A DNA stretch of 64,000 nucleotides. Origin: Blastocystis sp. Blastoise (taxonomy: Eukaryota; Protista; Bigyra: Opalinata). This document shows, one piece after another, positions 40,070-55,142 of this stretch. Numbering within the stretch: the stretch's first letter is position 1; every line of letters starts with the position of its first letter. Position numbers and translations under genes: made by a program. The DNA lies in assembly GCA_039096225.1 (NCBI GenBank), contig JBBPEB010000015.1:1-64000 (forward strand), read 5' to 3'. Below the pieces are notes generated by a model. It saw nothing but the letters and a program-made list of their open reading frames with translations. It made no database searches and was not told where the DNA came from.

Positions 40070-42644
40070 CTACTTCATTCTCAATTGATAATCGCCATTA
40101 CGAGTAATATAACGAACCCATGGTAAAGCCTATATTTATAGAAATATAGTATATATATTCATTAGAGTTATTTGAATTGTTTATATTATATTATAATATT
40201 ATAATATAATAGTATATAATATTATATTATATTATATACTATTATATTATAATATTATATTATATACTATTATATTATATTATACTATATCATATTATAT
40301 TATAAAAATATACTTCATAACCAGATTTTTCAACAATTTTAAGATAACGAACTTGAATACCAGAAACAGTGTAGTAAGGAATTTCAAATAAAACTTGAAT
40401 AGGACGAGATTGATAATCATCTTGAACCTAAAGAATAAATTAATTATAAGAATATATATATATATATATATAGGCATTCTTATAATATATGATAAGTATA
40501 TATTATACTCTTATATATATATGTATGATAATCTTATTTATAGATAGAATTGTTGAATAAATATAAATATAAATATATATACTCCATCATCTCTAGAGAC
40601 AGTAGGTAGTCCAAAATGTGCTCTCATATGGAATTCTCTCATACCATAGAATTGCTTAATACGCCAAAGTAAACAATCCTTATCAGGAACATAAGTAACT
40701 GTACCAAGAGAAGTCTAATCAAATTATAATAATTAAATTATAGTAATAATTAAATTATAATAAATAAATTTATAATTATAATAAAAGTATAATAAATTAT
40801 GATAATAAATTATGATAATAAAATTATAGTAAATTATGATAATAATCATAAATATACAAAAATATAATAATACACAATATATATACATTAAATTGAGGTG
40901 TATCAACATCATTAGGAACAGGTATAAAGATTTCAACATCTTGAGCAGTAGAACGAGCCTTGAAATTAGATTTAGCTTTAACAAAATAATCTATATGACT
41001 ATATAATAAATGATTATTAATAGATTCATATAAATATATATTATATTTAATTAATAATAAATATAAATTAAAAAGAATTGCAATATTCTTTTATTTTATA
41101 CCTTGATTTCTTAGTAACAGAGACTTCTACATGAATAAGTGGCTTAACTTCTGTATGAAGACGATAAGTCATCAATTCAAATTCACCATCTGGAGGAGTA
41201 AAAGAAATAGTTCTATCATTCTCAAAAGTAGCTAATTTTACACACTATATATATATTGATATTATTATTTAATTATTATACAATAATCTATATATAATTG
41301 AATTCAATTTCTTCAATCAAATAATATATATATATAAAATATATTCATAGTATACTATGAATTCTTCAAAACCAAATATATTCATAAAAATTAAATAAAA
41401 TAATAATAATAATATATACTTGATGGAAACGGACATCTTCGAGATCAATATTATTATTTCCACTTCCTCCTATTTTATGACGTTGAGCACCTTCTCCCAT
41501 ATCAAAACGAACCTTATCATTCAAACCTAGATTTTAATATATATTTTTTATGAATAATAATATATATTGAATAATGAATAATAATATATCATGATTAATG
41601 AATAAAATATATATTGAATAATGAATAATAATATATCATGATTAATGAATAAAATATATATTTAAGATGAATAAAATATATATATATAATATATACCTAA
41701 TTTCAATTCAGGCATACCAGATAAACAGCATTTCATATGAATTGTACCAACAATCTCACTATCTAACACAGTACCATCTCTACCCACCTATATACATAGA
41801 TTAATATAAATAATATTATTTATTATAAATCAAATATATATTATAGAACAATAATATACTAAATAAAACAGTATCATAATATAAAATAAATTCTTAATAT
41901 ACCATCAAATTAAGTTTTTCAATAACATCCAAAAAGACTTCATTCTTATTATATTTAATACCTTCTTGTCTCCAAGAAATAGCATTTGTGACAGAAGCAG
42001 GAATAAAGACTTTCTTCTCCATACGATTCGATTCTTGCATAATATATTCCTTTAATACCTTTGGGTCAGTTGTCTATATATTATATTTAAATTATTATTA
42101 TTATTATTCTATTTTATATATATATATATATATTATTAAACGAAAGCAACATCATCCTATAATAATAAATACATACTTGAGGATAACCGAAATCCATCAT
42201 TTCATCAAATAATTCATATAAAACAACAAAATTATCACTAAAAAAAATAATCATAAATTATATAATAAAGAAAAAATCAACAAAAATATATATATAAATA
42301 AAATATAAAAAAAAATATTATTAAAAAAAAACATACCGAATGTTTTCTTCATTAAATTCATCAAAATAATCATTAAATACTTGAACTACTTTATGTAAGA
42401 ATAACATGATCATAGTAACATTTGCATTTCTTGAAGTAACAGCCATCAAAAATAAGCCACCACTCTTTACATAAATATAAGTGATACCACCTTCTGTAAT
42501 AACAGGCTTTAAATCAGAATCTTCTTTATCACGAATTAATTCAGCAAATCTTTCAGGAACTGAATCATCAACATCTCCACGATAAGCTCGAGAAATGATG
42601 ATTTTCCCTTTATGATCCATTATATATATAGAACTGACAGTCAT
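40070..42644 (-). CDS. AP1M1: AP-1 complex subunit mu (10 exons)
   Basis: IYIMDHKGKIIISRAYRGD, RDNFVVLYELFDEMMDFGYPQTT, SWRQEGIKYNKNEVFLDVIE, LSGMPELKLGLND, FHQCV, PPDGEF, FEIPYYTVSGIQVRYLKI, ALPWVRYIT. Nine GT-AG introns. Confidence 0.96.
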
Positions 42645-43536
42645 CTTGTTTCTAAAGGATACTTATAGATAGAAAACTATTTATTGAATAACAAGAAGTA
42701 TACTACGTAAGAATTAAGTAAATGAAACAAAAAAATTCATAAAAAATCTGTAAAACACATAACTTTTTCTTTTCTACAGCCATTTTTTATAAATAATCAT
42801 GATTCATTTCTCAACTTGCTAAAATGTCTCTTTTTCCTTTTTTCTCACAGTATTCTCTGTATTATTCCACTTTCACGAATAAATATGAAAACAACGCTTT
42901 CATCTCTAGTAAAGTCACGGTTATTTAGAACATCATCCAGAAAACAATCTTCTCGGATTACCATGATTATCATCCAACATAAAGCCCTGTTTTAATTAGT
43001 TCATTAACTTCTATCATTTCTTATCAATATTATCGATATTTCCTATTTCTAAGCAACATTCTTTCTTCTTTTATTCTGTTTGCTTCTACTCATTCTAAAT
43101 TATAAAACTTACATATCACTATTCAGAAATTTTCACTGATGACGTAATTGATTCTTTTATTTGCAGATATCTCTTCAATAATCATCATCCAACGTATAAA
43201 ATAACTTCAAGAATTCATTAAATTTATTTTATTATTCTAAAACTCATTTTATCACGCAAATGTCTCATAATGTCTTCTATTTAGACAGCTATTGAATTCA
43301 TAAAAGCATATTCTAATCTTAATGTGTTTAAATATCATTATATATTGTGACATATAACACATATATCATGAAGAAAATGATTTTTTTTAACTATGATTAG
43401 GTCTAAAAACTTTAAAAACCAACAATAAATTAATTCAAGAACTTTTTATAAAAATGAAAAATATCATAATATATATATTTTTTTATATAAAAAAATATAT
43501 ATAAAGAAACAATTATTTATAAATAGAAATATATAA

Positions 43537-43660
43537 TTAAATTTGTAAGGGTTCATGATCTGTTCGTTTTTCACTAACAACACCACCTCTAGCTTTACGT
43601 AAATTCTGAATTTCAACCCTATAATTAATATAAGATCATGTATATTATAAATAATAAATA

Positions 43661-43696
<36 letters not shown>

Positions 43697-46600
43697 ATTT
43701 ATAAATAAAATCCAAAGCATAAATATAGAACAACATACTTTTTCTTTTGTTCCATCTTCTTCATAATAACTAATAAGAGAATAACTGTGATTATAGATAC
43801 AACAAATAGAACTGAAATAGAAACAAATATAATACTAGTACATTGTTCTTCAGCATCTGCCCATTGTATATTATTATTAATATATTCACATTTTCTTCTT
43901 CTTTCTCCAAAATATCCACTTTCACAACCAATTACAGTTTCTTCACCTACAAATGTTGGCGGATAGGATCCTATAGAAGAACAAGAAGACTGATAAATAT
44001 TAAGTGTGAATGTTGTATTCACAGAGCCTTGAATATTACTACCAACAACAGTATACTTTTGATTAGACATTGAAGTCTGAGGCATACCGGATATTACACC
44101 TGTAGTCGTATTGAAAGAAAGACCCTTAGGAAGACCTATAATATGATATATATGGTTATGTATATTTATTATTATATTTTATTATTATATATGGTATATA
44201 TGGTTATGTATATTTATTATTATATTTTATTATTATATATGGTATATGGTTATGTATATTTATTATAATAACTTTAATATATAATTGTTATGGAATTCAT
44301 AATTAAAAATGATAAATAATTAGTAATTGATATAAAAATATATATATAAAAAATAAATAATAATAAAAATAAATTATATAAAATATATATATAAAAATAA
44401 AATAATAAACAATAAAATATATAAAATATATAAAAAATATAATTTAAAAAAATATATATTCTTAAGATAATAATAAACCCTATATACTTGGAGAAATAAT
44501 GAATGACGTAACAATAAATCGAACTGTAGGAATAATATCTTGAATCTCCATATATGTGTAAAAAGTATATATATTATGAGGATACGTAATAGATGTTGGA
44601 GGCATTAATAAACATTGATCTCTCTTAATCTTTCCTAGTTTTAATCCATCACAATATCTATACATATATCCATCATATCCATCTTCACATAAAGAATAAC
44701 TATATTCTCCTTCTCCCACGGAAGGGAAATTATCAAGAGAGGGACATAACATATTCTCATAATTACAATAAGCAAAGGATAATTCAGATAATAAAATTGA
44801 AGATGCTGTTTCTCCCTCATTAAATGTTATCGATAAATATCGTAATTTAGTAACACCCTTAGGTACAGGAATATATATAGATCCAATCTCTGATCCTTTT
44901 ATTAAAGTCTATATATATATAGTATATAGATTTATATATATAATTCATATTTTTTAATATATATATAAATTTTTTTAAATAATACATTTTAATAAAAATA
45001 TTATATATATATGTAATTCAGCTAATAAATAATTTAAAAAATGGATTGAAAATAATTCAAAAATTCTTATTGATTAAAAGCAAATAAATAAAATAAAATA
45101 AAATAAAATAATAGATACCTTTCCAAGAACCATTCTCCACATAGTGTTTTCTTTTGATCTACCTTGAATACTAATAGATATAGGATAAGATGTATTCCAT
45201 AATTGTAGATGAAGAGAATTAAATAAAGGAGGTTCTTGAGAAGTAAATGTTACATATATAGTTTGAGTATCTGATGATTCAATCTGAGTTAAACTGAAGA
45301 AATTAAAATCAAATAAGTTGTTAACATCATGAACAACGGTCTTTGTATCAGGAGTAGCTACTAATTGTGTAAATAATCTAGTACATGAACTTAATGTATA
45401 GGCAGTATTCATATAGAAAGGAACAGTAGTAACAGCAGAATGAGTTGTAATCTCTACACAAATCACATTATCTCTATTCTTCACATAAGCTCCTTGTGTA
45501 ATCAAGGAAAATGTATGTTCTTCAAGTTTATCAACTTCTCTAGAATAAGAATAATATAAAACGGAATTAATAAAAACACGAACATCTCCATAAGCAGTAA
45601 ATTTGAAATCCAATGATGAATGGCTTGTCACATTATATATAGAAAACTATATATAGAATCATTATTATTATAATTATATTATTATAATTATTTTTTTATA
45701 AATTATATTATTATAAATTATATTATTATAAATTATATTATTATAATTATATTATTATATAAATTATATTATTATATAAATTATTATAAAATATATTATT
45801 ATAATTATATTTTTTAAATTATATTTATATCAACAAAATAATATAATAATAATATATACCATAGAACGTAAAAATATATATTTATGTGAGAGACATTCAA
45901 CACTTGATCCTTTAGCTATTTTCCACTTAGAAATATCATAATCACTTTCTATCCAATCAGAATTCATATCGTCAGTTACTAAATAACTCCATTTCGTCAC
46001 ATCTTTCTGTATAGCTACTGAAGAATCAAAATATTCTGTGACACGACGATCTGTACTTCGAACACTTCCCATTTTAATTGACGTATAATCTTCATTATGT
46101 ATAGAATAACCAGCAGGTAGAATCCATTTCATACCATCATTTGAACTAAAACCAAATTGATAATAACCACTAGGCAAACAATAAGGATATGTTCGAATCA
46201 TTAAAGAAGTATTTCTTGGATCCCATACACTATATATATTATGATATTAGAAAATAGCATGTATTTTGATTCTTATTGTAAGATATTCTTCTTTCTTAAT
46301 TGTCATCCATTAGGAATAAAGATAAATTATATATAATTATATTTAATAAAATGAAATATAAATAATATCCATTAATATTAATTATTGAATTATAAATAGA
46401 AATAACTACTAAAAACAAATGAAAGATAAAATAATAATAAATATAATAATATACCTAGAATATGGATAATTGATAGAACCAACAGAATCAATAGGTCTAT
46501 AACTACTTTCTAATCCATAATATAAATCAAATTTTGCAGCTTTATAATTATTATAATAGAATAAATCCAAAATAAATAATGAATTATCACCATTACATTC

Positions 46601-49600
46601 TATTATAGTAATATACATAGTAGTATGAACAGATTCTCCTAAGTAATTCTTTGCAGTAATAGTATATTGTTTTCTCTCTTGAGTTACTGTAGGTATACCT
46701 CGAATTGCTCCTTGATCCTTAGTAATTATTAGTCCTTCAGGTAAATTGGGAGAGATCGAATAATCATGGAATTGACTGCATGATTCAGGAAGTAATTCTG
46801 ATAAATAAACACCACGATAAGAAGTTGTATCATTTACAAGATAGATAAAAGAAGGTACAGTATTAATAATAGAATGAGAATAGAAATAGATTTCAGCAAT
46901 ATCTAAAGTCTTCATAGAATATGATGTAGTATCTACAAATCTATATTCATTATATATAGTATCGTGATGTTCTACAGAAAAGAATCGCTTCGTATAACGA
47001 ACACCCCATACAAGATCCCCACGGGTATCAATTGTAGTCCATGACTCATCCCCGTGAATATTCTGACGTCCTTGAAGTGTCCAATGAGCTATCAAAGTAT
47101 CACCATAGAGATTGTAATTAGCAATAGCATAGGATGATAAATAGAAATATCTAGAAAAGAATGATTATATTATATTATATTATATTATATTATATTATAT
47201 TATATTATATTATATTATATTATATTATATTATATTATATTATATTATATTATATTATATTATATTATATTATATTATATTATATTATATTATATTATAT
47301 TATATTATATTATATTATATTATATTATATTATATTATATTATATTATATTATATTATATTATATTATATTATATACTATTATATACTATTATATTATAT
47401 TATATTATATTATATTATATTATATTATATTATATTATATTATATACTATTATATACTATTATATTATATACTATTATATACTATTATATTATATACTAT
47501 TATATACTATTATATACTATTATATACTATTATATACTATTATATTATACCTAATAACAGTATTATAATACTTTATTCGATAAAAGTAATGAATGAAAAA
47601 CATATATATATATACTCATCATTAACTCCTTGGATAGTGAAATTATATATATAATCATCTTTAAGGGTAGCTTTAGAAGTAATATCACGATCAAATGCAT
47701 CATCAATCCGTGGAGATGATGTCACAAGATCAACAGCACGTGTATACGGAGTACCAACATTGATCATAAATAGATCGAATGGATATGATATTTCAACAGG
47801 ATTTGTTGTAGCTAACAAGAGAATAGCGATCTTATTGGTTCCTTTTTGTATATATGTACCGGGAAAAGATATCTTTCTCCATAATAATTCAGAATAATTT
47901 CCAGAAGCAAGAGAAGTAGTAGTAACATGACTTGGAATATGTCTAGATAAAAGTAAATGATCATTAATATATATAGCAATTCCTTCTTGATACAGAACAC
48001 GTAAATCAAAGACATCAAATTTATTAACATCAAAAGATATTGAAAATGATTTTCTGAATAGTGTTACTGATGAAGTAATAGTAGTAGATCCAGTAGTAAC
48101 AGTATTCCATGTAGAATCATCAAAAGAAGAAGTATACCAATTCTCAGGAATACTATCTGAGAGCGTTTTCCATTCTTGTTGTCCATAGAGAATAGGTTGT
48201 ACTATATATATTATATAATATATAATATATAATATATAATATAATATTATATAATATAGAATATATAATATATAATATAGAATATAGAATATAGAATATA
48301 TAATATATAATATATAAAAAAATACAATTGAGAGTATAGTGGTTTCCTTCATATTCAGACCATGATTCCGACATCAGTAATTGATAAGGAGCAGTATAGA
48401 GAGTATCATTTGTATAATCAGAATAGGGATATATAGCAATACGAACACGAGACTCAGAGGACCATTTTTGAGTATATGGTCTATATATATATAATATATA
48501 ATATATATATTATTTATATATTATAAGTAAAAGATAACTAAAGAATAATAATGAAATAAATAATAAGGCATACTTGTGATTTGCCATAGTAATATTAATT
48601 AGCGATGAAGAAACACAACGATAAAAATAATAAGATTTCTATAATAATAATAAAATTATACATAAATAAAAAGAATAAGAATAAATTTACTATCATAGTA
48701 TCTATTGAGTAATCTTCTTGTTTCATAATTAAATCATACTCTTCCCCGTGGTTTTCTGGAGATACATAAAAAGCTTCCGAGGCTACAGAAAAAGGAACAT
48801 TTTCTTTACTGATCTTAATGATAGATCCCTGACACGCTATATAATTAAAGTATAATGAGTTTGATATAGATATAATTATGGATGAGATAATGAGAATAGA
48901 TAGAATATAAAATATAACTATATCATATAATTATATCATATATACAATATAAAAACATAAATATACTAATAGAATAAAAATAAAAACAAAACCGAAAAAA
49001 CTAATAGATATGAATAATATATACCTGTAACAGACAAAGTGATTTTAGTAGATAGAGAAATTGGATAAAGAGAAGTAATAGTATATTCCTTAGCCTCAGA
49101 GAGAGCAGAAGCCTATATATATAGAGAGAGAGAGTTCTATAAATCAATAAAGAATCATGTATGTATATATAGTTAATAAAAAAGAGAGAACCAAATAATT
49201 ATATTCCTTATACGAATAACAATACTATTTAATATAGAATAATCAATTAACAAGTATTCACTAATATTCTATATTTATATATACAATTCCTGAGATTCTT
49301 CCTGTTGCTGGATCGATATAGATTCCCGCGGGTAATTCGGGAGTAATCGTGACATTATTTACTGCACGAGTGAGTGGCCAGATGGGGTTGAAAGGGACAT
49401 ATAGAGGGATTATATAGGATTTATAGGGATAAGCAAGTTGTGCGTTTCGTTGGCGGCATGTGAACATCTGCATATCACGTGATGATAGTCCTTGTGTATT
49501 TGTGTCTATAATAAAAATGATGAATTATATAGAAGAAGAAACGATATATAATATTATAGTTAATTAGCAAGATCAAGAGAATATTATAATATTTATTTAT

Positions 49601-51722
49601 AGTATAACTTAATTATTATCATTTTTATTAATCTTATTATATTAATAGAATAGCACAATGATCATTAATAGCAAATATCATATATATATACGAACGACAT
49701 ATAACAGAAGTTGATTGTATGCCTTAAGATTGTCATACATAGTAATTGTGGCATTTCCAGGATAAAACGTTTGGTCATCGCGAGAATCAATTCGAAGCCA
49801 ATTCTCCGAATTTCGATCTCGTCCAGCAACATAATATTCGCGGGGATCTCCTGTACCTGCAAACGAACCCACAAAACGATAAGCATTAAATTGAGCATAT
49901 CTATAAATATATATAAAACATATATATATATATTATTTAAATAAAAAAATAAAAATCAGTAATAATTATAATAAAAGAAAGCATTATATATATAAATAAA
50001 TATATACGTATTATCTTTAAAGACGAGTTGTGCATCAAGATTTTCATTATTTCCAAGATCTGAATAAGTATTAATTTTAAAATCGAACATTTTCGAGAGA
50101 GAGGACGTAGAAAAGTGACTATACATAGTATAAGAAGGAAGAGTATAAGCACAATCTATATATAGAGAGAGAGATTATTAATGGCTGTAATATATATAGA
50201 AATATAGATAAATATACTATTAGGTTCTGTAGAATATTGAGTAGTCAAATAGATAGACAGTGTTTTATTCATAGTTTCTTCTTTTGGATCTACAGAAACA
50301 GCTAATATGTTGTTTTCTTTAAGATTAGAAGCACTTAAAATTATTCTACATGTATATAATAGTTAATATAAAAATTATAAAAATAATTTACCTTACAAAT
50401 TTTCCTTTATCACTTTCATCAATATAACTAAAAGAAAAAAAAAGATATTATTATTATTATATATAGAAATATTTGAATAAATAACTGATTCACAAAATAA
50501 ATGAATATTATATATAAAAGCAAATGAATAATAATTAACAATTTTAAAAAGAGATAAATAAAAAGAATCATATATGAAAAAACATAAATAGCAATTAATA
50601 ATAAAGAATAAAGAATAAAGAATAAAGAATAAATAATAAATAAATAAATAATAAATAATTAACAATTAACAATTAACAATTAACAATAAACATTAAACAT
50701 TAAAAAGGAGATAAATAGAAAGAATACTATATAATTAAAATACCTGTTTCCTTTCCAGACTTCTGCTCCATTTATATAAGCGACTGCATTTCCATTGAAT
50801 AGAAGACCTATATTATACGCAGCTATTAAGTTAATATGATCGACAGTGAATGCAACACGATAATATTGTAAAGTCGATAAACTGGCAGCATCACCAACTT
50901 TGACAGCAGTCCAAGAGTCATCAACAACAAAATCAGAAGTATACCAATTATCAGGAGCTCCAGCTAAATGAAGATACATAGAATCACCTGAATTAATATA
51001 GGATTTCACTATAGAAACAATGGTAGTCGATTATTATATATATAATATTTATAATATTTGTATATTATTATGACATTATTAAATTTATTTTATAATCAAT
51101 TATTATTAAATAACTATTTAATTACTCAATAAACATTTAATTATATTTTTAAGAATTTTCAAAAACAAATTCTTTAAAAAAGAGAAAACAAATACTGTTA
51201 AATTGATATGGAGGATTAGGAAACATAGAAGGTGCAATAATAAATGCCAAAGTATTGAATTCATTGTATACAGAATAGTAAGAAGCAGTTGTATATTGAC
51301 CAGATGTACTAGATTTAGAATGAAAATATTATAATTCATAATTCTACAATACTAAAAAGAAAAGAATATCAATTGAACACTATTAAAAGAAAGAAATAAA
51401 AAAAAATACGTTCCCTCAAAGTTCATGTAATATATATCGCTATCTGACTTCTTGAGACATGCTTCATACAGAATATCTTTAGAAAAATCTTTACATTCGT
51501 ATTGATAGATGATTTCTTGTCTACCATATACATCAGCGAGCCAAGTCACCTTCTCTCCAGATGCAGTACCACAATAAGTAACGAATTTCATATAAACTTC
51601 AGTATTTTCGCATGTAATTGCAAATGTGATATCTATGAAAAAGTCTTTTTTTTCACTTAATACCTAATTAAGAACATACGCAAAAAACAAAGAATCAAAG
51701 CAATATATTTGATTAGATTCAT
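43537..51722 (-). CDS. ~1640-aa type I membrane surface protein, paralog of 25937-33606 (20 exons)
   Basis: Signal peptide MNLIKYIALILCFLHITFA and the same W..SDF.DDSW, YING, discoidin-like, LPxGL He_PIG and Cys modules. TM segment IIFVSISVLFVVSIITVILLLVI. Nineteen GT-AG introns keep the frame to ...HEPLQI*. Confidence 0.88.
47165..47550. repeat. Intronic (TATTA)n pentanucleotide satellite
   Basis: Long perfect TATAT/TATTA array grading into TATATACTAT variants, inside intron 14 of the 43537-51722 gene. Confidence 0.92.
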
Positions 51723-52914
51723 TCTAAATTAAATAAGAAAACTCTAAGCAAAATATAATATATTTTATGCATGCTTGATATATCTCGCTTATTTGTTTTT
51801 TTTGGATTCTTTTGAATTCTGATTATTAATAGAAACTAGATATGTTTCTCGTAGAGAAACCTTTTTTGATTATAACGAAATAATATTCTTTGGGAAAACA
51901 GAAAAATGCAACTGAAATTCATTTTTTTCATGGTTTATCTTTTTTTCGTTTGTAGTTTAGAGAAAACTGTCTTTCTTCATGAAGAATACAACTGAGTCCT
52001 ATTCATTAAATAGTTAATACTATGTAATAAAAGGCTATTCAATTATAGAAGAATGCATAAATTGGATAATCAATAAAAAAGTCTTCTATAGGTCATTATT
52101 CTAAATATCTTCTCAAATTAGAATTAAAGTGATGTTATTTTAATAGAGATATTAAAGAATAGGTTTCTTTCTTAGTTTCATTGACTATTTTCTTGAAAAA
52201 GAAGAGTTTATTTAAATGTTTCGTGTAAAATGTGAGTATTTATAATTTATAAGAGGAGATATACAGTTAAGAATATTTGAAATAAGATAATAGAATTTAA
52301 TAAATGATCAATAAAACAAATAAAGGCATTTCAAAAAAGTTTTATCTGTTCTATATAATAAAAAGACCTTTATAAATATCTATCATGTTTTTTTTTAATA
52401 TTTATTATCACTTTTCAATATTCATACTTCCTTTATAACAATGTTCATTTCAAAAATAATAATTAATTTTTTAATAAACAATAACGACGCATTGAATTTT
52501 TAATCAGCGTGATATCAGAAATAGAATAACACTAATTATTTGCAAATAAACATTAATAAAAGTGTATGAGAATCTATTATACTCTATAAAAACAAGTGTT
52601 AAGACAATTATTTCCATCACCAGTAATTTCCTGAGATTGCATAGATTTATAATATGCTAATTCCACATTGTAAGTTACATTGTTCTTAGAAAAAAATATC
52701 AAATACTCTTTTCTTGGAGATATTCATAAACTATCCAATCATTTCATGTTATTCTATAAAAAATAAAGACTAGAAAACGATGTAAACAACAAATACGAGC
52801 TTTTGAAACCATTCAAAATGATTCCCGTGAAAAACGAGTTGTCTAGAAAAAAAGAGTGGTTGAGAAAATTATTGAATTTAGTATTAATAAAGGATATTAC
52901 CGTCTCTTAAAGTC

Positions 52915-53415
52915 ATGGTTGAAGATAAACATTGTCATTGTGAAGAAGGCTGTACTGGTGAATGCGCTTGTGCTGACCAAGAACCCAATCTTTTTGAAGA
53001 AGAAAGCACTGCTATCGGTGATATTCTTATGCCCATTTTCGAAGAAACTAGTAGTTCTATTGAAAGTACTGTTCCTGAATTACTCAAGAATCTTGATGAA
53101 AACAATATGGATAAGGCTAAGACTATTTGCAAACAACTTCTTGAAACTGTCACTTCTAGTCCTGTTTATAAAGTTCTCTTTTCTATTTCTCATTTCATTA
53201 ACATTCAAAGTTGTTATGATGAAATTGAAGATGGTATTATTAGTAACGAAGCTGATATTCATGAAATGATCAGGTATATAAATAGTTTTATTTTATTAGT
53301 TTTATTCTAATTAATTTTATTTTAATTATCTTTTATTCTATTTTTTTTTTATTCTAATTATTTTTTATTCTAATTTTTTTAATTCTAATTATTTTTATTC
53401 TAATTATTTTTATTC

Positions 53416-53454
<39 letters not shown>

Positions 53455-54082
53455 TAGTGCTATGGAGGATCAAATCAAGCTTCTTAAAGAAGATGCTGCT
53501 AAAACCAATAAGAAGGCTGACAAGGAACAAATTAATAAGAATATTAAGGCTTTTGAAACTCTTTCTGAAGTATATATATATATATATATAGGAATATATT
53601 TATTAATATATATGTATATGTATTATTATTATTATTAAATATATATATAGATTGTCAAGGGTTATTCTGAAGAAATTAATAAGATGCATGATGTATATAT
53701 ATTATTATATATTAATTATATATATATTCATATATAGAGTATGTCCAAACCTGAAAGTGATGTAGATTCTACCTTCATTAATGTATAAAATATTATTTAT
53801 TATTATTATTATTATTATATAGGAATTTAAGACTTGGTATTTCAGTTTATTTGATTTCTCTGGAGTATATTTATTATTATTATTATATTATTATTATATG
53901 TATCTAGTCCTTAGCTGCTCTTGAAGAACCTTTTAAGAAGATTTATGCTGTATATAATTAATATATTTATTATTTATAATATAATATTTATATAGAAATT
54001 CTTTGAAATGCGTCTTTGTAATAAAGCTCATGCTGAAGTATATATTATTATTATTATTATTATTATTATTATCTGAAATATA

Positions 54083-54116
<34 letters not shown>

Positions 54117-55142
54117 GTCCCTTCTTGAAGCTATGAAGAAAGCTGCTGAAGACTCCTTAAAGCAAAAGGAAGAAGAAGATAAAGAAATCTTAGAAGATGC
54201 TAAAGCTGAAGGAACTGACGTCACTATCCTTCCTGATCTCTTCAATGGAGAAAATCCTCCTCATTTTGTTAGTTATTTATTAAATTTATGTGAAATTGAA
54301 GATGGTGAAGATGACGAATTAATTGAACTTAAGTCTAATATTGATGTTGAAGCCTATTCTGAAATGGTAGTTAAACTTTATAAAGAAATGTTCCCTGAAG
54401 AAAAAGAAAAGGCTATTAAGAGTATTCAATTCGTTGAATATTTAGATGATGAATATTATAACTCTATTGAAAAGTTATCTTTATTCTTTGATTTCTTAAG
54501 CACTCACCTTGGTCAAATCATGAATGAAATGCTAGAAGTTGAAGTATATATTTTATTGTAATAACTATATAGTATCATATTTATTTATAGTAATAACTAT
54601 TTTTTATTGTCATATTTATTTAATTGTAATAACTATTATTTATTGTCATATTTATTTTATTGTAATAACTATTATTTATTGTCATATTTATTTTGTAATA
54701 ACTATTTTTTATTGTCATATTTATTTTATAGTAATAACTATATTTATTATCATATAATGATATCTATTATTATTATTATCAATAAGATGTTCAAGAACTT
54801 GTAGACACCATTCCTACTTGGGAAAAACTTCAAGAAATATATGATGAAATGCATGAATCTTTTATGAATGAAGATTTTGATGGTATGGGTTTTGGAGATG
54901 ATGATTTCGATGATGAAGACGATTATGATGATGAATATGATGATGATGAAGTATACATTTAAATAATTATATTTATTTTATTGCATGTTTTTTATTATTA
55001 TTACTGATTTTTTTTTATTATTACTAATTTTAATTTCATATTATTTTAGGAAGAAGACGATGATGATGAAGAAGGTGAAGAAGATGATGATGAAAATAAC
55101 GATCAAGATAATGAAGAAGCCAATTACAAATTCACTTATTAA
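52915..55142 (+). CDS. Highly acidic, probably helical protein of unknown function with a Cys/His-rich N-terminus (10 exons)
   Basis: ORFs 52915 and 54133 are linked by in-frame mini-exons and end in a D/E-rich tail ...EEANYKFTY*. One junction (54544-54785) requires GT-AA or a 1-base error. Confidence 0.8.

Noticed and set aside
47545-47560. TAG|GTAT recursive-splice-like sites inside introns (also near 51663)
   Set aside because: A few are expected by chance at this base composition, and the frame is maintained without them.
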